The notes under the pieces were generated by a model. That model was not told the origin of the DNA, made no database searches, and saw nothing but the letters and a program-made list of their open reading frames with translations. The position numbers and the translations under genes were made by a program. DNA of 64,000 nt, taken from the IMG/VR virus record IMGVR_UViG_3300022217_000228, positions 9,347 to 73,346 of that record, one strand, 5' to 3'. Numbering within the stretch: position 1 is the first letter of the stretch; each line of letters opens with the position of its first letter. The DNA comes from a virus (Duplodnaviria; Caudoviricetes). Below, piece by piece: positions 19,396 to 29,418 of this stretch.

Positions 19396-22290
19396 TTAAG
19401 CAAGAACATAGTTCGTATACGATCCATCTTTATCTTTTAACTGTAATTGTATTGATCCAGGTGATTCTATTATTTTTACAAGTTGACCAGAGACTTTTTT
19501 AGTACCTTCATCACCAAACCCTATTACTTCTGCTCCCCCAAGTTCATATGTTTTAAATTCCATTAGCTTACCTACTGACTTTTCAAGTACTTCCTTAAAT
19601 TCTCCATCCAATTTTGTAGTTCGTTTTCCCCACATATCTAGATCATAATTTACATTGTTAAAAACAAATTCCTTACTAGGAAGCTCATAGTAATACTCTG
19701 AGTCTTTAACATCATCCGGATTGCTCTCATATGCAGCAGTGAGTTTTTCGTAATTATCTTTTGTAAGCAAGTCGGAGTATTCCTCAATTTCTATACTTTC
19801 TAGGGGGATCGTTGATGGCAATTCAGGGAGTAACTTCAGATACTCATCATATGACTTAGGCTTTCCTGCTTTAATCCAAGCGTCTAAAGTAACATCTTCA
19901 TCACCCGGAATAGTCCCATAAAATGCATCAAAGGACTCTGCTATACCTCTTTCACCAGCCCCTCCTTCTCCAACAACATTCCCGGCATTATCGATAGTGA
20001 TAGTGTCACCACTCATTATGTTTTTATACACATAGTTTTTCTGCTCATCAACTGAGTATCCCTTGTCGGCATTCTCACCAAGATATTTATTGGCATCAGC
20101 TATATTGTCGAAGGCTTGTACAAGGTTACCACTGGCATCAGTTACCTGATACGAAGGAGTAATATCAAATTCAAGCTCTCCGGTTAATCCTGCAGTAAGG
20201 GTATCTCTGATAAGCTGCTGAGTATCTTCATCAAATGATTGAAATGCCTTTGATTCTGTTATTGCATCCCATTCCTCATCAATAGCGTTTAACTTCAATC
20301 CTTCAAACATTTCTACTGCATTCTCTTCAGTTATACCAAGATCTTCAATAAGATTTAAACCTTCTGCAGACTTCTTAGCCTCATCCCATGTGCTAAATGT
20401 AGAGGCAAGTGTTGCTAAATCCGTCATACTCTGCGCATATCTATCTGCTCCAACATCCTGAATAAGCTGGTTCATATCAAATGATATTCCGGGGAACACC
20501 CCTTCAAGTACCCTTTCGGCTTCAGCAATATTCGTCGGATCCATAGTCTGCAACAACATATTCGCACCACCCAGTGTCTTCTGCCACTGTGATTCACCGT
20601 ATGGTGTGGCACCTAATATGTTCTGGAAATCATCAACAGATAAATCAAGTCCAAATGCGTCATTAATCTGATCAAGTGATCCTCCCCTACCAACCATGTT
20701 GGATATGGAATTAACCCGTTGATCGCCAAGCTCCCCTATCAACCTGCTAATAGTTGCCTGTTGCGCCTGTCCTTCATAAGTGTAATCACGCTTTATTCCC
20801 ATATATTGCTCTGCATTTAAATTCAATCCGGATGCTGTATTAGCTGCAATAAGATCGGAACCTTGGTTAACAGCGGTAACAAATGCCTGCAGTCTATTGG
20901 AATCAACACCCAATCTCGCCGCTTCATTTCCAATATCCATCCCCTTGAGTTGTCGAGCTTTGTATTCTCGGGCAATTTCATAGTCTTCTCTTGTAGCATC
21001 AGGATATTTCTGCTGCCATGATTCGAATGAGGTAGTCTGCGCATCATCTGCCATACGTGTAAACTGTTGATCACCGTATTTTTCTCTCTCGAATTCTAAT
21101 TGTTTTTCAGCCATCTCAAAACCAGCTTCTGCCCTTGCTTCTCCCGGTATTTGTCTGGCTGCGGTAAAAGCCCTTTCACCTTCCTGTTTCCTAAGATCAC
21201 TAATAAGCTGGCTTTCCTGTGAACCTATTTGTCTGCCTAATCGTGCCGATTCTGTAGCGGCTTCGCGTCCTTGAATGCCATACTGTGCCATTTCCTGAGT
21301 TAATGCGCCCTTTGCTGCTGCAGCTTCACCGGCAAATCGTTCTCGTTCACCTGCTCGAATAGCTGCTTCTCTCGGGCTTTCAACATCAGCGTAGCGTTCT
21401 AACCGCTGCAACCCACGTTCCCGATATGGCTCGTAAATGTTTTCATCCGGAGTTGTAGCTGGAGCCTCTGCAGGAGTTGGTGTCTCAACAGGAGCAACCT
21501 CTTGTGGCTGCTCTCCATAGCTAAATGCACCACGGCGTGTACCGCTCGTTGCTGGTTGGGCTGTTGCACCAGCCGGTTCCTGTGCTTCACCGTAACTAAA
21601 TGAACCCCTTCCACTTGTTGCCGTCTGAGCAGTGGGTGTTTGAACAGTGGGTTTTTGAACAGTGAGTGTTTGAGCAGGAGCTTGTGGAGCAATCTTAGGC
21701 GCCTCTCGCACAGGCATATCCGACCCAACTGGTTTAACAGTTACAGATGGCGGTGCGATTGTTCCCGGCGTCCTTGATATCGTCTGTTCCATTTGTGGTG
21801 CTATTGTTGTCGTTATAGGAGAACTTTTATTAGTAATTGCATCTATATTACTCTTTCTACTAAATCCTTCCTTGAATTCTTCGTTCGCGCTTTGATCTGA
21901 AGGAGTGTTCAGTTTCTCGCTAAATACTCTGTCTCTTGGGTGTGTAATGGTTCCATATTGGTATCCTCTCATTCCGGATTTCTGCTCAATATCTTGCAGG
22001 TTAGCTTGTCCACCCACTTGAGATGCAGGTGTAACACTGAACTCTCCATTCTGCTCGACATCTAAGCGCTCACCCTCATGCACGGTACGCGGACCTTGAT
22101 TGGTATTAAGAATACCTGTCGGTCGTTCAGGCTGCAATTGGTTATCATTGCCATAGCCGGTGGAAAAAGAATTTTGGCCGTTAACACCGATAACTCCCAA
22201 CTGATTCCAAAGCGAATTTATATTATCTCGCTGTTTGTCTTCTTCTGTTTTCTGGTTACGAGCCAGAAATGGATAGTTGCTTGTAGGCAT
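19396..22290 (-). CDS. Probable ejection/DNA-transfer protein (964 aa)
   Basis: P/T/A/Q-rich N-terminus, coiled-coil middle; structural operon position. Confidence 0.5.
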   Translation of the reverse strand: MPTSNYPFLARNQKTEEDKQRDNINSLWNQLGVIGVNGQNSFSTGYGNDNQLQPERPTGILNTNQGPRTVHEGERLDVEQNGEFSVTPASQVGGQANLQDIEQKSGMRGYQYGTITHPRDRVFSEKLNTPSDQSANEEFKEGFSRKSNIDAITNKSSPITTTIAPQMEQTISRTPGTIAPPSVTVKPVGSDMPVREAPKIAPQAPAQTLTVQKPTVQTPTAQTATSGRGSFSYGEAQEPAGATAQPATSGTRRGAFSYGEQPQEVAPVETPTPAEAPATTPDENIYEPYRERGLQRLERYADVESPREAAIRAGERERFAGEAAAAKGALTQEMAQYGIQGREAATESARLGRQIGSQESQLISDLRKQEGERAFTAARQIPGEARAEAGFEMAEKQLEFEREKYGDQQFTRMADDAQTTSFESWQQKYPDATREDYEIAREYKARQLKGMDIGNEAARLGVDSNRLQAFVTAVNQGSDLIAANTASGLNLNAEQYMGIKRDYTYEGQAQQATISRLIGELGDQRVNSISNMVGRGGSLDQINDAFGLDLSVDDFQNILGATPYGESQWQKTLGGANMLLQTMDPTNIAEAERVLEGVFPGISFDMNQLIQDVGADRYAQSMTDLATLASTFSTWDEAKKSAEGLNLIEDLGITEENAVEMFEGLKLNAIDEEWDAITESKAFQSFDEDTQQLIRDTLTAGLTGELEFDITPSYQVTDASGNLVQAFDNIADANKYLGENADKGYSVDEQKNYVYKNIMSGDTITIDNAGNVVGEGGAGERGIAESFDAFYGTIPGDEDVTLDAWIKAGKPKSYDEYLKLLPELPSTIPLESIEIEEYSDLLTKDNYEKLTAAYESNPDDVKDSEYYYELPSKEFVFNNVNYDLDMWGKRTTKLDGEFKEVLEKSVGKLMEFKTYELGGAEVIGFGDEGTKKVSGQLVKIIESPGSIQLQLKDKDGSYTNYVLA

Positions 22291-22306
22291 AAGTTACCTC
22301 ATTAAT

Positions 22307-22744
22307 TTATACACCCAAAAACCATAATCTTCTTGCTTGCGTATTATCACTATATATTCTGACATATGTATCTTCATGTGTTATACCTGCATCATATTCA
22401 CCGATAGTAATATGGTTACTTTCTTTTAATATTCCTTCAATATTATCACCACCATCGGTATTCCCGACACGAATTCCAGTATCAATAAATTTGGCAGCAA
22501 TTATATGCTCTTCTCGTGATGCCGGCATTCCATCGGGTCTACGCAACACGTTTGGATCATGAGTAAGAACCCAATCCAAATATGCACTACGTGGATAATT
22601 TGTAGGTTGACGCAAAAAGGTATCTGGCTGCTCAACACGTGTTGCTGGATCATTCCTGATCTCAATTATATCGCAATATGCTGGTGCATCTTCTCTGTCT
22701 GAATCCAACCACACGTTACTTATTGGATAGCATTTAGTACACAT
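22307..22744 (-). CDS. Hypothetical virion-associated protein
   Basis: 145-aa ORF with RBS in structural operon. Confidence 0.5.
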   Translation of the reverse strand: MCTKCYPISNVWLDSDREDAPAYCDIIEIRNDPATRVEQPDTFLRQPTNYPRSAYLDWVLTHDPNVLRRPDGMPASREEHIIAAKFIDTGIRVGNTDGGDNIEGILKESNHITIGEYDAGITHEDTYVRIYSDNTQARRLWFLGV

Positions 22745-22754
22745 AATAACCCCT

Positions 22755-22925
22755 CTATTTAGGAAACACCCATCTGTTTAATCTATCGATTTCTCTCTGC
22801 ATTTCTTTCTGTTTTGCAGAGGTTTGTTTTGCAAATTCAATAAGCTGCAGGATAGCATTAGGATCACTTGGATCAATAATATCCAATTGAATGTTTTGTA
22901 CTTGCAAGTCGTCTTTTGTGCTCAT
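22755..22925 (-). CDS. 56-aa hypothetical protein
   Basis: MSTKDDLQVQNIQLD...RWVFPK, read by hand; fills the gap in the operon. Confidence 0.5.
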   Translation of the reverse strand: MSTKDDLQVQNIQLDIIDPSDPNAILQLIEFAKQTSAKQKEMQREIDRLNRWVFPK

Positions 22926-22937
22926 ATATGTGTTACT

Positions 22938-23111
22938 TTATTGTTTTGTTCCACTATTCTTTACGGTTTTATCTTCCTTTAATTCCTCATTTTCTTTACT
23001 TAAATCAGCAATGTTTTTACATAAAAGAGAAAAAATATTATTTAATTCATCAAAACTTCGTCTTATTTTTAATTCCAACTGATCTAAACTTACATTATTT
23101 TCAGGATTCAT
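22938..23111 (-). CDS. 57-aa coiled-coil hypothetical protein
   Basis: MNPENNVSLDQLELK...; GAGG RBS upstream. Confidence 0.5.
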   Translation of the reverse strand: MNPENNVSLDQLELKIRRSFDELNNIFSLLCKNIADLSKENEELKEDKTVKNSGTKQ

Positions 23112-23126
23112 CTTTATACCTCTTTT

Positions 23127-23699
23127 TTAATATTGTGTTTTTATGATAATCAAATCTCTCGCGTGAACATAATTATTAAGCCCGGATGTGATATCACAAC
23201 TTTTCTCCCGTGCATATATAACAAAATTCGATTTTTCTCTCGATGATCTTATCGGAAATCTCCTATCAAGAAGGCACCCGTTTGGCTCTGAATCATTACG
23301 AGTGGATCCCCATGTCGAACCATTCTTTTTAAATGCGGATATAGTATAATCAGATCCGTTGTGACACCCAAGCATTAGAGTGCCGGAGTCAACGAATACA
23401 CCACCGGCGATCAAAATGCCATCATTACCAAATCCTTTATCTGCTGTAACAATGGTTTCTATCTCCCCGAGAGTGCCATCAGTTATTTTTACGTACTTAC
23501 ATTCTACACCGTTTTTATCGTTCATGTCATAAACGGTCATCAACAGCTCGTAATCCTCTGTAATATCCAATATAGACCAGTGTGCAATAGTTGATCCATC
23601 ACAAATCATCATCCCATCTGTTGATTTGTACAGCAATTTAGATGCGTGTGTCTGTATGATGATAGAACAAATGAGTAAAAGTATTTTAAGTAGCTTCAT
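23127..23699 (-). CDS. Putative secreted protein
   Basis: Signal-peptide-like N-terminus MKLLKILLLICSIIIQTHA. Confidence 0.5.
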   Translation of the reverse strand: MKLLKILLLICSIIIQTHASKLLYKSTDGMMICDGSTIAHWSILDITEDYELLMTVYDMNDKNGVECKYVKITDGTLGEIETIVTADKGFGNDGILIAGGVFVDSGTLMLGCHNGSDYTISAFKKNGSTWGSTRNDSEPNGCLLDRRFPIRSSREKSNFVIYAREKSCDITSGLNNYVHARDLIIIKTQY

Positions 23700-23712
23700 T
23701 TATTCCTTCTCT

Positions 23713-24018
23713 CTAAGTTGATGGATCTTCGTTAATTGCATCTATATACATTGCCTTTAATTCTGCCGCTATAAGATTATTCAATGTGCTGTAATTTAAT
23801 ACTGCGGTGTATATTTCATTGTTTGTCCATGGATCAACGCTTCCTGTGCCCAAAAAAATTAGTGGTCTTCTAATCGGGACACTTAACTCTCCATTTCCGG
23901 CATTTCCCTTGCAATGAATACGTGCTGCATGGTATAAATTGGTCTCGTGATTCTGCGCCGGTATATCAAAACGAATAGTAATATCTTTCAATTTAGTTGC
24001 CGTATAATCCTTTGGCAT
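23713..24018 (-). CDS. Hypothetical protein (possible tail fibre assembly/chaperone by position)
   Basis: Directly after the tail fibre gene; function from position only. Confidence 0.35.
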   Translation of the reverse strand: MPKDYTATKLKDITIRFDIPAQNHETNLYHAARIHCKGNAGNGELSVPIRRPLIFLGTGSVDPWTNNEIYTAVLNYSTLNNLIAAELKAMYIDAINEDPST

Positions 24019-27000
24019 TAAGTACCTCCAATATGTATTACTGATAAATTGACAGCATGCACTGTAATTGTCGGTGTCCCCGCATCTGTTGTTCTTATGG
24101 CAACTTCTATTGTTGAATTATCAGCCAAATCTAGTATCGCAGAAGATCCAACGTGCTCTTCTTCACTTGCAAACTTATTTTCCACATGGCATTGACCTGC
24201 TGCATCTGCCGCTCCGGATCCGTTTATTTCAATACCTATTTCAACATGATCATTCGCTGCATCGTTTTCAAAGCAGCACGAATAGCTTACAAAAAACATA
24301 CCTGGCTCTGTTACTGTTAACTCACCGCTTCCGTCATGTGTAACATTATGTAAATTTCCATCGTTCATATCAGCATCAGAAATATTATACCATGTGTTCT
24401 GCACTGCATTGACTTGGACCCATGCGATGTGATTGCCATAACACGACCCGAAAGGAAGGCCGGCACCACCGACGAACTTCATGTCTCCATCTGATTCTAT
24501 GTTGACATAATTCGTGGGGGCACCTGCCGAACTGTCGCCAATTCTCACCGATCCATCTGCAAACATATCAAGAAAAGTATCGGCTTGTGAATATATACCT
24601 ATCGCAGTATCTCTAAATGAAACCTTGGAATCAGTATCTAATAAGACAACACCTGCGCCGACAACCTTCGGATTAACAATTAAATTCGTTCCATTATAAT
24701 GGATTTTTATATCTTGACCAGCACCTAAAACGAGACCGTAAGAATCAGAATCGATTTGCACATCACCAAACAGGCGAGTAATTGTAGTTGATACGTTTCC
24801 TATAGCCGTTGTGTTGCTTCCTAAACCATCGGCACCATACCCTATTACAACTTCATTTGTTTCGCCGTCACCGGCTGGATATGTATAAGACCCTAGAAAT
24901 ACCGAATCTTCACCCGAAGTATTATTTCCTCCACCAACTAGATACCTACCAGCCTGATAACCTATGCCGACATTGTGATCAGTATCTACTATCGAATACA
25001 ATGCCCTACCACCTATGGCAATGTTTGCAGTGCCACTTTCTAATTCGCGCAAGGCAGTTATGCCTATTCCAAAGTTGAAACTACCATCATCGCAATCATA
25101 AAGAGCCGATCTACCTATTGCAACATTATACTCGCCGGTAGTGTTACTATATAAACCGGCATAACCGATTGCTATGTTTGAACTTCCAGTCGTATTTGTA
25201 ACCAGTGAGTCCCTACCGATTGCACAGCAGTAATTAGCTTCTGTTAAGTTAGATAGCGCCTGGGATCCAATAGCTAAGTTATTATAACCTTTAGTTACTG
25301 AAAGTAATGCCCTGTATCCTACACCTAAATTATAAGACGAATGAGAAGTCGCTGTTGCAGTGCTCCCAGTTGTAAAATTCCCAGCATCTTCTCCAAGAAA
25401 TAAATTTCTTCCATCAGGAATTGCACCGCCGCCAGTTGGGTGATGGAAATCGTGTAAAAACCTGTTACCGCCTTTGTAGATTACTCCTGTAACGGACGAT
25501 GTGGTACTTACAGTATATAACGAAAGATTAAGTGAAATCCCTGAATCCGGAACGTGAGTTAATGTCACATCCTGGTCGTCTCCTAAGTAGATTACAGAGG
25601 CATCAGCAAGATAAAGGTCGGAAAATTCTAGAGAAGCTGTCCCTAATGCTGCTCCATCGGAAGCACTTGGGGATATTGTATCGGTAAACTTTACAGTTTG
25701 ATCTGAATCTATCAGTACACTTACTGCACCACCAGAAAAAAGCCTGATAGTATCAGGCCATGTCGAGTCGGCGTCACCATACAACCAGATACTACCACCA
25801 CTATTATAATCATCTTTTGCATTTAGAATTAATGCTTCACGGTTTGCAACAACATAGTTCAATATCGTAGATTGACAGTTTCCCTCAAGTGTTATCACGG
25901 GGCTTGAAGACGTATCTGTAATATGAAGCAATGTGTCTGGACTTATCTCATTTATCCCAACCCCATCGATTGTAATCCTCGCCATTTCCGTTCCGTTAAG
26001 GGTAGTTGTATTGGCCGCAGCATGAAACCTGATATTTGTAAATGCATTCATAAATGTTGAACCACCACCGATAAACAAAGCACTCTGGGTAAGTTGTGAC
26101 GAACCAACAAACCACGTGAGAGGTTCCTCTGCATTCGTATAATGTGGACTTCCTGCTCGAAAGTATTTTGATGTTAAATTTGTTCTAGTGTTCAATTGGT
26201 CGTCGGCACCAACTATAAGCCCAATAGTGCCATCACAAACATCTAACTTACCAAGTGGAGTAGCTGTAGCTATCCCTACATCACCATTGTCGAACTGGAA
26301 TTCTCCAGCTCCAACCAGCTGAGAATCAAATACAAAGTTTGTTCCGTTATAACGTATTTCAGCGTCTTGTCCTGCGCCAAAAATAGCACCATATGCATCA
26401 GAATCTATCTGAATATCATAATTTGAATGGGCAGTACCAGCATTGTCAATATAAAATCTTGTAGCTGGTAGTGCGGTTGTATTTGCTGCCGTAGCAAGTA
26501 TAATCTGTGTTGCCGCATTTAAACCTTCGTTCCCACCGGTTCCTATTGTAATACTATTTGCCGCTACTGTACAATGACCCGCAATGATTCCCATTCCAGG
26601 CTCATCAGTATCATATTGAGGCATGCCTATGTGACTACGTTTAGTAACATTATCTGTTCGAGTAATAGCATTTTCATCAGCACCTATATAAAGAGTTTGC
26701 TCTCCATCAGAAACATCCAATGTGCCTAATGGGGTTGCTGTTGATACCGAAACATTATCAACGAATAGCGTGTTTGTGTTGTAATTATACGTAAAAGCTG
26801 CTTCTGCACCCATTGCTCCAGCAAGATTATATTGAACTTCCATGTCGGCACCTGCTACTGCGGCTACTCCAGGAGCTATCCATCCTAAATTACCTGCACC
26901 ATCAGTATAAATTATCTCGTTAACAGCACCATCAGCAGCGGGGAGTTGCCATAAGCTATTTACAATCATGCTTAACTGCTCATCCCAAGTAAGCAGTTGA

Positions 27001-27137
27001 TTGTCAGTAGGTTGAGTGATTGTGGCTTTGGAAGATGCAAGCCTGGCGGTTATTGTTTCCAGCTCGTTTATAGTAGCTTCAATATCTTTTACGGCCCTAA
27101 TCAAGTCTCGCATGTTATTTACAATTGATCTAATCAT
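24018..27137 (-). CDS. Tail fibre/receptor-binding protein
   Basis: G/A/T/S-rich, 'N(T/V/I)AIG' beta-roll repeats, internally duplicated modules. Confidence 0.75.
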   Translation of the reverse strand: MIRSIVNNMRDLIRAVKDIEATINELETITARLASSKATITQPTDNQLLTWDEQLSMIVNSLWQLPAADGAVNEIIYTDGAGNLGWIAPGVAAVAGADMEVQYNLAGAMGAEAAFTYNYNTNTLFVDNVSVSTATPLGTLDVSDGEQTLYIGADENAITRTDNVTKRSHIGMPQYDTDEPGMGIIAGHCTVAANSITIGTGGNEGLNAATQIILATAANTTALPATRFYIDNAGTAHSNYDIQIDSDAYGAIFGAGQDAEIRYNGTNFVFDSQLVGAGEFQFDNGDVGIATATPLGKLDVCDGTIGLIVGADDQLNTRTNLTSKYFRAGSPHYTNAEEPLTWFVGSSQLTQSALFIGGGSTFMNAFTNIRFHAAANTTTLNGTEMARITIDGVGINEISPDTLLHITDTSSSPVITLEGNCQSTILNYVVANREALILNAKDDYNSGGSIWLYGDADSTWPDTIRLFSGGAVSVLIDSDQTVKFTDTISPSASDGAALGTASLEFSDLYLADASVIYLGDDQDVTLTHVPDSGISLNLSLYTVSTTSSVTGVIYKGGNRFLHDFHHPTGGGAIPDGRNLFLGEDAGNFTTGSTATATSHSSYNLGVGYRALLSVTKGYNNLAIGSQALSNLTEANYCCAIGRDSLVTNTTGSSNIAIGYAGLYSNTTGEYNVAIGRSALYDCDDGSFNFGIGITALRELESGTANIAIGGRALYSIVDTDHNVGIGYQAGRYLVGGGNNTSGEDSVFLGSYTYPAGDGETNEVVIGYGADGLGSNTTAIGNVSTTITRLFGDVQIDSDSYGLVLGAGQDIKIHYNGTNLIVNPKVVGAGVVLLDTDSKVSFRDTAIGIYSQADTFLDMFADGSVRIGDSSAGAPTNYVNIESDGDMKFVGGAGLPFGSCYGNHIAWVQVNAVQNTWYNISDADMNDGNLHNVTHDGSGELTVTEPGMFFVSYSCCFENDAANDHVEIGIEINGSGAADAAGQCHVENKFASEEEHVGSSAILDLADNSTIEVAIRTTDAGTPTITVHAVNLSVIHIGGT

Positions 27138-27143
27138 AATAGT

Positions 27144-29417
27144 CTAATACATTGCGCACGTTGTATTGCCATGGTTTTCAATGACATCGGTATAAATAAA
27201 CCGTACTGCATTCGCTGTGAGCACTGAACCGATTACCCTCGGCTCAAATCCAATTACCTGCCCACCGAAGAAAACTATCGGACTTGCGTATGATAAATTC
27301 TGGCTCAAATATCGAGTGTTTGATATAGTGTCATTTTCATATACATCAATAACATCACTATGCCTTACAATTGTAATCATAGTCCAGTTGGTAAGCTGCG
27401 ACGTTAAAGGAACTATCCAATCATTCGTTCCATCATTCCATCGTAATTCCCATTCAGAATCAACCTGAACAAGTTGTATTGTCAAGATTGCATTACTCAT
27501 TATAGTACATGGGCTTACAGGCGATCGAACCCATAACACAATGCTTAATGTTCCTGCAGGTATGCTTTCGTTAATGCTCATGCTATCGGTTGTTCCGAAT
27601 GCAAGTGCAGACCTGTCATGTCCATCGGGCCCTTGTGCTACACCTGTGAAACTTCCGGTCGTTATCTGATTGCTTCCTTTATCCCACGGCATAGTATGAG
27701 AGCCGTCATCTATATTAACCAAGTCAACGCTTCTTCCAACCCAGATCAATGTAGTGCTAAGTAGTTCAACCCACGTTTTTTCACTCATCTGCTTTTCATC
27801 CGGAGCTGCTGCAGTATCTATTTCTTGATACCATTGTTCAACATCAACCAACCTCCATGGGGCACCGACCAATCTCAAACCGGATTGTATGCTCTCGTCC
27901 TCTATATGCCTGTCGGAAACTATCTGCGCCCTTCTTCGAAAATAACGCACCACTGCCCTGTCAACCGGGCTTGACTCGGTTCTGAAGTACATGCTTGCCA
28001 AGAATTCATTGGTAAATCCATGCGGACCATAACTCCCGGTATTACGCCTATCTTTAAACCATGGCTTTAAGTTTGCACTGGATTCTGAATGTCTTAACTT
28101 TGCTGTTGGACTATCTGAAGGAACGTTTTCACGGAAAAGAATATCTGATTCAATCTGAGTGCCGCCATAGTCTTCATTCTCTCCATCAACCCAATGATCT
28201 TCTCTTCCAAGCCAATAATGTTTGAATGAGTTACAGTCAGTTACGATAACGCGTTCTTCATCTTGAACAGTGAACAACTTACATGTTCCGACAAGACCTA
28301 TGGCATTTGGGTAGTCGTCTCCGTTGTATTCACTCCAACCAATACCCTGTTTCTTTTCCTGCGGTATTCCAAACCGATATATGCGAGTTGATTTTGTGAC
28401 GTTTCTACCACCGGAACTATAATCGTTTTCATAAACATATATCGTTACTGAAGACGTTGACGTGTCTCCGCCCGAATCGGTAACAGTCAACGTTACCTCA
28501 TATTCACCCGGCATATCATATGTATATGTTGGATTTTGATCTGTTGAAATATTTCCGTCCCCAAAGTCCCACTCCCAATTAGTTATATGGTAAGCGTTTA
28601 GGTTGGGTGTATTTGGGACATAACCGCTTGTATCTGTAAAATCCACTTCAAGAGGAAATGCACCATATTCGGGGGAATAAGTAAAACTAGCAGTCAGTAG
28701 CCTTAATGCAGCCCACAATGGCACATAACCATCAGGAGCACCAAGAGAAAAAAGATGGTACGTATTTTCATCAAAATCAGGCGCATCGTTATTTGAAAAT
28801 TCATATGTTATATCGGTAATATTCGTATAGCTACCATCTGTAAAATCAGCTTCGTTTGCCCTGTTTGTGTATATGTTATTTACAGATATAGCACTACCGT
28901 TTCTCAGAGCATTTTCTGATACTGATATAACTGTACTGTATTCCCCTCCTCTATCAAGAACAGCATATGCGCCTGATAGAAGATTGAATGTGCACCTTAC
29001 AGGAGGATAAACTCTGAAAGTAATGTAAGTATTAGAATTTAAATTAAAATAACAATGTTGGGCTCTGTTGATATAGATATAGTCGGCATCGCAAAATAGA
29101 ATACCGTCGAAAAGGTCGGCTCTCCTATAATCGATTCTGTTTGCTCTTATCCTCCATGGGGTATTTGCTATACCACCATCTGTATATTCATTTAAATACC
29201 ATGCTTGCGGATCATCAAGATCTATTTGATCATCCCATGAATACATGTAAAATATACGATCATTTAGTATTAGATTTACTGCACCATAATCGTGGCTACC
29301 TCTTAAAAAAACGTTGTCACCAGCAAGAACTGCAGCCTGCCAATCAGAATGTCCGTAAGGATTATCTCGTGTTCCTGCCCCGGAAGCTCTGTCTAAATCA
29401 ACAAATAAGTTTGCCAT
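27144..29417 (-). CDS. Tail-associated protein with PKD domain and LamG-like C-terminus
   Basis: 'WEWDFGDG...PTYTYDMPGEYEVTLTVTD' (PKD); 'SIVLWVRS...WTMITIVRH...VYEN' (LamG-like). Confidence 0.72.
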   Translation of the reverse strand: MANLFVDLDRASGAGTRDNPYGHSDWQAAVLAGDNVFLRGSHDYGAVNLILNDRIFYMYSWDDQIDLDDPQAWYLNEYTDGGIANTPWRIRANRIDYRRADLFDGILFCDADYIYINRAQHCYFNLNSNTYITFRVYPPVRCTFNLLSGAYAVLDRGGEYSTVISVSENALRNGSAISVNNIYTNRANEADFTDGSYTNITDITYEFSNNDAPDFDENTYHLFSLGAPDGYVPLWAALRLLTASFTYSPEYGAFPLEVDFTDTSGYVPNTPNLNAYHITNWEWDFGDGNISTDQNPTYTYDMPGEYEVTLTVTDSGGDTSTSSVTIYVYENDYSSGGRNVTKSTRIYRFGIPQEKKQGIGWSEYNGDDYPNAIGLVGTCKLFTVQDEERVIVTDCNSFKHYWLGREDHWVDGENEDYGGTQIESDILFRENVPSDSPTAKLRHSESSANLKPWFKDRRNTGSYGPHGFTNEFLASMYFRTESSPVDRAVVRYFRRRAQIVSDRHIEDESIQSGLRLVGAPWRLVDVEQWYQEIDTAAAPDEKQMSEKTWVELLSTTLIWVGRSVDLVNIDDGSHTMPWDKGSNQITTGSFTGVAQGPDGHDRSALAFGTTDSMSINESIPAGTLSIVLWVRSPVSPCTIMSNAILTIQLVQVDSEWELRWNDGTNDWIVPLTSQLTNWTMITIVRHSDVIDVYENDTISNTRYLSQNLSYASPIVFFGGQVIGFEPRVIGSVLTANAVRFIYTDVIENHGNTTCAMY

Positions 29418-29418
29418 A

